Part shown: one piece after another, positions 36,715 through 40,768 of the stretch
Position numbering within the stretch: position 1 is the first letter of the stretch
Layout: each line of letters begins with the position of its first letter
Source of the DNA: a virus
Lineage: Duplodnaviria > Caudoviricetes
Reading direction: 5' to 3' (one strand)
DNA: 40,768 nt
Virus record (IMG/VR): IMGVR_UViG_3300014657_000050
Coordinates: 1 to 40,768 of that record
Notes under the pieces: generated by a model
Databases searched by the model: none
Seen by the model: only the letters and a program-made list of their open reading frames with translations
Told to the model about the DNA's origin: nothing
Position numbers and translations under genes: made by a program

Positions 36715-36947
36715 TGGGCTCGCTGTTCTCACCGCCGTCGATCCCGGCGCCTCCACCGCCGCCGCCGTTGCCGCCCGCAGCGATGCCGGCGACGATGGCG
36801 AATGCGCAGGTGACGCAAGCCGCTGCCAGCCAACGGGCGGCGGCTGCACGGGCATCAGGTGCGGGCTACGGCGGGACGCTCGATACCAGCCCGCAGGGTG
36901 TGCTGGGCAAGCCGGCGACCGCGGCGAAAAGCTTGACGGGGCAGTAA
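36714..36947 (+). CDS. small pre-portal virion protein
   Basis: MGSLFSPP..PPPPP...TLDTSPQGV...KSLTGQ pattern. Confidence 0.75.
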   Translation: MGSLFSPPSIPAPPPPPPLPPAAMPATMANAQVTQAAASQRAAAARASGAGYGGTLDTSPQGVLGKPATAAKSLTGQ

Positions 36948-36949
36948 AG

Positions 36950-37153
36950 ATGCCAACAGACGACGGCTTGACGTTTGAGCAGCGCGAAGCCGTTTACGCG
37001 GCTTACCTCGGCATTTGCGTGCTCAAGCGCATGGTGCACAAACAGCAGCTTCAACTGGCCACAGCTCGCTCCAATGAACTGTTGAAAGAGCTTGGTGACG
37101 CGTTTCCCTTCATCGGGGAGCGCGTTGCACTCTCGGCGCTTCGTGTAGGCTAG
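36950..37153 (+). CDS. hypothetical protein
   Basis: Fills the gap before the portal. Confidence 0.5.
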   Translation: MPTDDGLTFEQREAVYAAYLGICVLKRMVHKQQLQLATARSNELLKELGDAFPFIGERVALSALRVG

Positions 37154-37154
37154 A

Positions 37155-39026
37155 TTGCCCGCTTCCGCCGCCGAACGCGCCGCCACGCGCTACGAGCACG
37201 CCACTGCGGCAACGCTCGCCAATACCGCGCCCATGGCGCCGACCACCAAGTTCGGTGGCAGCCGGCAGAAGCTTGCCGAATGGGTGGATCTGAGAAGCCA
37301 CCTCGAAGGCCGGTTGATGATGCTGCGCGGCTGGCGCACCTCGGAACTGGAGCATGATGCGCTGGTCGCGCAATACCTGCTCCCTCGACGTAGCCAATGG
37401 CTGACCCAGGGCGGTTACGACCAGCCGGTTCCGAACTCGATGATCCGCAATCTGCCGATCAACCAGTCGATCCTCGACCCGACCGGCACCTTGGCGATGC
37501 GGATTGCGGCGGCGGGCATGGTCGAAGGGCTCATGAGCCCGTCACGGCCGTGGTACAAGCTCGGAGGTCCAAAGAACTTCACGCCTGATCGGGCTGCCAC
37601 AATGTGGTTCGAGGAAGTCACCGAGCGCATGTCGGCGATCATGTCGCATTCGAACTTCTACGATTGTGGCGCGCAGATGATGGAGGACCTGATCTCCTAC
37701 GGCACGGGTCCGATGCTGATTTACGAGGACGACGACGACATCATCCGCTGCTACAACCCATGCGCGGGCGAGTATTATCTGAGCTTGGGAGCGAGCAATC
37801 GTGTCGAGAGCTTCTACCGGCAGTTCGTCTTTAACATCTCGCAAATCGTCGAAGCGTGGGGTCTCGATGTCGCGCCGCAAGATGTCCGATCGCTCTGGCA
37901 AAACAAAGGCGGTTCGCTTGAGCAAGAGCGTATTATTGCACATGCTATTGAGCCAAATTTCGAAATCCAACGACCCGGCGATCCCAAGGCTTATGGCAAG
38001 GTTGCGGGCGATTTCTCGTACCGAGAAGTCTACTGGGTCTATGGCTCCTCAGAGTGGCAACCGCTCTCGATCCGCGGCTTCAAAGACGAACCATTCATCG
38101 CTCCGCGCTGGTGGCTAAGGCCTGGTGCCGCCTACGGCGATAGCCCCGGCAAGGATTGCCTGCCCGACATCATGCAGTTGCAGCAGGAGACCCTGCGCAA
38201 GGCTGAACTTCTCGAAAAGCACGTGCGGCCGCCGCTCAACGTGCCGGTGGAGTTGAAGAACCAGCCATCCTCGATCCTGCCCGGCAAGCAGAATTACACG
38301 TCCGACACCTCGAAAGGCATCAAGTCGGTATTCGACGTGAACCCGGTGGCGCTGCAGTACATCACCGCCGACATTGCCTTAATTCAGCAGCGGATCAAGG
38401 TCGGCTTCTTCAACGACTTGTTCCAGATGCTGGCGGAACAGACCAAGGATATGACCGCCTACGAGGTGGCGCAGCGCCAGCAGGAAAAGCTGCAAGTGCT
38501 TGGCCCGGTGATCGAGCGCTTCAACAATGAGGCGGCGTCGAAAGCGATCAAGCGGGTCTTCGCGATCATGCAGCGTCGGCAGCTTGTGCCACCGTTGCCA
38601 CAATCTCTCCGCAATGTGCCTGTGCAGATCGAGTATATCTCGATGCTGGCCCTTGCGCAGCGGGCCACGGCGACGGCAGGTTTGGAGCGGTTGCTGGCCG
38701 TGCAGGGGAAGATGGCGGCGACCAATCCTGCGGTGCTCGACCTTATTGACGACGACGAAGTCTTGCGCGAATATGGCGACCAGTTGGGAGTGACGCAGAA
38801 AGTGTTCGTGCCGCCCGAAAAACTTCTCGCCATCCGCAAGCAGAAGCAGCAGGCGGCGGCGCAAGCGGCTCAGGGCGCGCAGATGTCGCACGCGGCGACG
38901 GCGATCACGCCGGCGCTCGCCATGGCGGCGAAGAACCTGTCGGAAACCGATGTGGGCGGCGGGATCAATGCGGCGCAGTTGATGCTCGGGGGGCCGAGCG
39001 GAAGTGGAGTGGGGGCGACGCCGTGA
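37155..39026 (+). CDS. portal (head-to-tail connector) protein
   Basis: ILDPTG, SPSRPWY, YGDSPG, MTAYEVAQRQQEKLQVLGPV and IEYISMLALAQR motifs. Confidence 0.95.
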   Translation: MPASAAERAATRYEHATAATLANTAPMAPTTKFGGSRQKLAEWVDLRSHLEGRLMMLRGWRTSELEHDALVAQYLLPRRSQWLTQGGYDQPVPNSMIRNLPINQSILDPTGTLAMRIAAAGMVEGLMSPSRPWYKLGGPKNFTPDRAATMWFEEVTERMSAIMSHSNFYDCGAQMMEDLISYGTGPMLIYEDDDDIIRCYNPCAGEYYLSLGASNRVESFYRQFVFNISQIVEAWGLDVAPQDVRSLWQNKGGSLEQERIIAHAIEPNFEIQRPGDPKAYGKVAGDFSYREVYWVYGSSEWQPLSIRGFKDEPFIAPRWWLRPGAAYGDSPGKDCLPDIMQLQQETLRKAELLEKHVRPPLNVPVELKNQPSSILPGKQNYTSDTSKGIKSVFDVNPVALQYITADIALIQQRIKVGFFNDLFQMLAEQTKDMTAYEVAQRQQEKLQVLGPVIERFNNEAASKAIKRVFAIMQRRQLVPPLPQSLRNVPVQIEYISMLALAQRATATAGLERLLAVQGKMAATNPAVLDLIDDDEVLREYGDQLGVTQKVFVPPEKLLAIRKQKQQAAAQAAQGAQMSHAATAITPALAMAAKNLSETDVGGGINAAQLMLGGPSGSGVGATP

Positions 39027-39254
39027 CACGCATTATTGGACGCTTAGAACGAGCGCTTGCCAACTACACGTCTGGAACTGTCACAACGTGGTGCGTCACG
39101 TTTTACATGTCCGATGGTTCCACACAAACCTACGATTTGCGCGACCCGAAAACGCCGCTACCGTCATTTCGCGCTCTGGTAAACCAATGAAAACCCTGCT
39201 CGCCCTCTCCGGCTTCACCTTCGCCTACCTTTTCGTGTCGGTGCTGGTGCATTG

Positions 39255-39761
39255 ATGGATGACTTCAACCCCGCCGACATCGGCGGCGAACCGCAGGAAG
39301 CCGTCGTCGTCGATAAGCGCGGCACGCTCATGCGCGAGCGTGAGAGCTACGAGCGCGTGATCGAAGGCTTGAAGATGGCAAGCGACGGCGCGCAGCATCT
39401 CGCGCAATCGCGGCAGGACACCGGCTGGGCCCGGCGCGCGCAATCGTTCGACAACGTGCGCAAGGCGCTGGCGAAGCTCGGCGGCATGGGAACCGAAGGC
39501 ACCGACGCCAAGCCGTCCGAGGAAAAGTTCAACGCGGCCCACATGGGCGTGCACGCGGCCTATGACCGGGTTTATCGTGGTCTCGACATGGCGGCCAAAG
39601 GTGCGCGGCAGGTTGCCGCCTGTCACCGCGGCGATCTGCGCTGGTCGCGGGTGGCGAATACGCTTGATGCGCTGCGCGACGATTGCTCCCGGCTGATCCG
39701 GGTGAAGCAGAGCAAGAGCGCAGTGATCTTGCCGGCGGGATATGTGCCGAGGGCGAACTAA
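39255..39761 (+). CDS. hypothetical protein with internal duplication
   Basis: YERVIEGLKMASDGAQHLA / YDRVYRGLDMAAKGARQVA. Confidence 0.7.
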   Translation: MDDFNPADIGGEPQEAVVVDKRGTLMRERESYERVIEGLKMASDGAQHLAQSRQDTGWARRAQSFDNVRKALAKLGGMGTEGTDAKPSEEKFNAAHMGVHAAYDRVYRGLDMAAKGARQVAACHRGDLRWSRVANTLDALRDDCSRLIRVKQSKSAVILPAGYVPRAN

Positions 39762-39807
39762 ATGCGCGACGATCACCAACGGTACGAGTTTTTGGGAAAT
39801 TATAGCT

Positions 39808-40059
39808 TTGACAAAGCAGCCCCCGGATATTGATAGAGCCGCCCCGCAAGGGGATGGCGCGCCCAGGAGTGACGAAATCGAAGTGACGCCCGCGATGACG
39901 GAGGCGGGCCTTAAGGTTCTGTGGGAAAGCGGCGCAGTCGAACATCCTACGTCGATTGATCGCGACTTGATCCGCCAGATTTTTATAGCGATGGCCGCTG
40001 CGCAGTTTCCACAACTACCGTCATCGCCTCTACAAGGGCGTGTAAATCCTCCGCAATAG
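39808..40059 (+). CDS. IS passenger small protein (EIEVTPAMTEAG motif)
   Basis: Homologue of 1-240; start uncertain. Confidence 0.5.
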   Translation: MTKQPPDIDRAAPQGDGAPRSDEIEVTPAMTEAGLKVLWESGAVEHPTSIDRDLIRQIFIAMAAAQFPQLPSSPLQGRVNPPQ

Positions 40060-40121
40060 CGGTGATCCGTCCCGAGAAAGCTACGGCCTCTTGGCCTTTT
40101 GCCCTTTGGGGGAGAAAGCCA

Positions 40122-40400
40122 ATGCCCGATTCTGGCGGTAAGCTGACGCAATCTGAAAAAGACGAAATTCGCCGCAAGATTGATCAGCTATGGGTCGGCA
40201 GCGCCAAAAACTGCCCCGTGTGTGGCAGTAACAAATGGTTCTTGGCCGACCACATCGTTGAAGCCCCCATCATCAATCAGGACTTTCGCGGCTTTGGCGG
40301 CAGCGCTTATCCGGCAGTGCTCCTGATCTCGGAGCCGTGCGGTTACACCCTCTCCTTTAACGCCGTCATTCTCGGCGTTGTGCGAAGGCAGGGAGGGTAA
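40122..40400 (+). CDS. zinc-ribbon passenger protein
   Basis: GGGGAG RBS; CPVCGSNKW...PCGYTLSFNA. Confidence 0.65.
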   Translation: MPDSGGKLTQSEKDEIRRKIDQLWVGSAKNCPVCGSNKWFLADHIVEAPIINQDFRGFGGSAYPAVLLISEPCGYTLSFNAVILGVVRRQGG

Positions 40401-40568
40401 AATGACCGAACAGCCCTTGCAAATAGGTTCAAGCCCCTAATTATGGACTTGACTCCACAGGACGCTAGAGGTAGTTTTGCCTTGAAAAGCTCAGTCACCA
40501 TGGGCATTTCTGGTGGGCCACGACCGATAAGCCGGAACCGGATAATAATCCTAAACGGGACAGGGTGA

Positions 40569-40768
40569 ATGCCGAAAATCTGCACCATGGAAGGCGTTCA
40601 AGAGCATTCCGAGCACATGCCCGTTGAACTCTGGCGTGATGACGATTCACATCGGCTGACTATCCGTGCCTACAACGAGTGCGGCGATAATTGCGTCAAT
40701 ATTGACTTGTGGCAGCTTGTTGATTGGCTAAAGGTTGGTCCATGCACGCGGACGCTCTCTTTGTCCGA
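40569..40768 (+). CDS. hypothetical passenger protein, 3' partial
   Basis: Own translation: MPKICTMEGVQEHSEHMPVELW...RLTIRAYNECG; open to the window end. Confidence 0.5.
   Translation, partial: MPKICTMEGVQEHSEHMPVELWRDDDSHRLTIRAYNECGDNCVNIDLWQLVDWLKVGPCTRTLSLS

Larger units (their letters stand above)
39795..40768. mobile_element. start of a second IS1595-type element (partial)
   Basis: GGAAATTATAGCTTTGAC matches the first IS end at 13/18. Followed by a homologue of the 1-240 ORF; GC drops; interrupts an ORF starting at 39762. Confidence 0.65.

Noticed and set aside
1-40768. tRNA or rRNA genes, or a phage RNA/DNA polymerase
   Set aside because: None recognisable by eye; tRNAscan-SE was not run.

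Overview
A ~64% GC podovirus-type phage genome (BPP-1/APSE/T7-like virion module), probably infecting an alphaproteobacterium such as a Hyphomicrobiales host. The host call is inferred from the GcrA-like gene, the Cro-like gene and Bradyrhizobium-type secreted proteins. Gene order: IS1595 element (1-1871), truncated HNH, gp13-like/sulfotransferase-fold fusion, ejection proteins, DEDD exonuclease, tail-fibre genes, lysis block (lysozyme-family endolysin, holin candidates, class-3 lipase), leftward early region (DUF968, AAA_24 ATPase, IS1595 debris), divergent promoters with a Cro-like gene, DNA MTase, replication protein, NusG paralogue, TerS, GcrA-like, TerL, portal, then a second IS1595-type end (39795 onward). 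The order is a circular permutation. Scaffold, capsid and tail-tube genes are absent and should lie between the two terminal IS elements. No integrase or CI is visible. Highlights: (1) a five-copy bipartite ~50-bp repeat forming two inverted pairs, each enclosing a single 64-codon gene with its own RBS; (2) tail-fibre and other virion-region proteins with Sec-type signal peptides and paired cysteines; (3) a 282-bp transposase-less IS1595-type gene cassette with an 8-bp target duplication. All protein family calls are by motif recognition, not database search.
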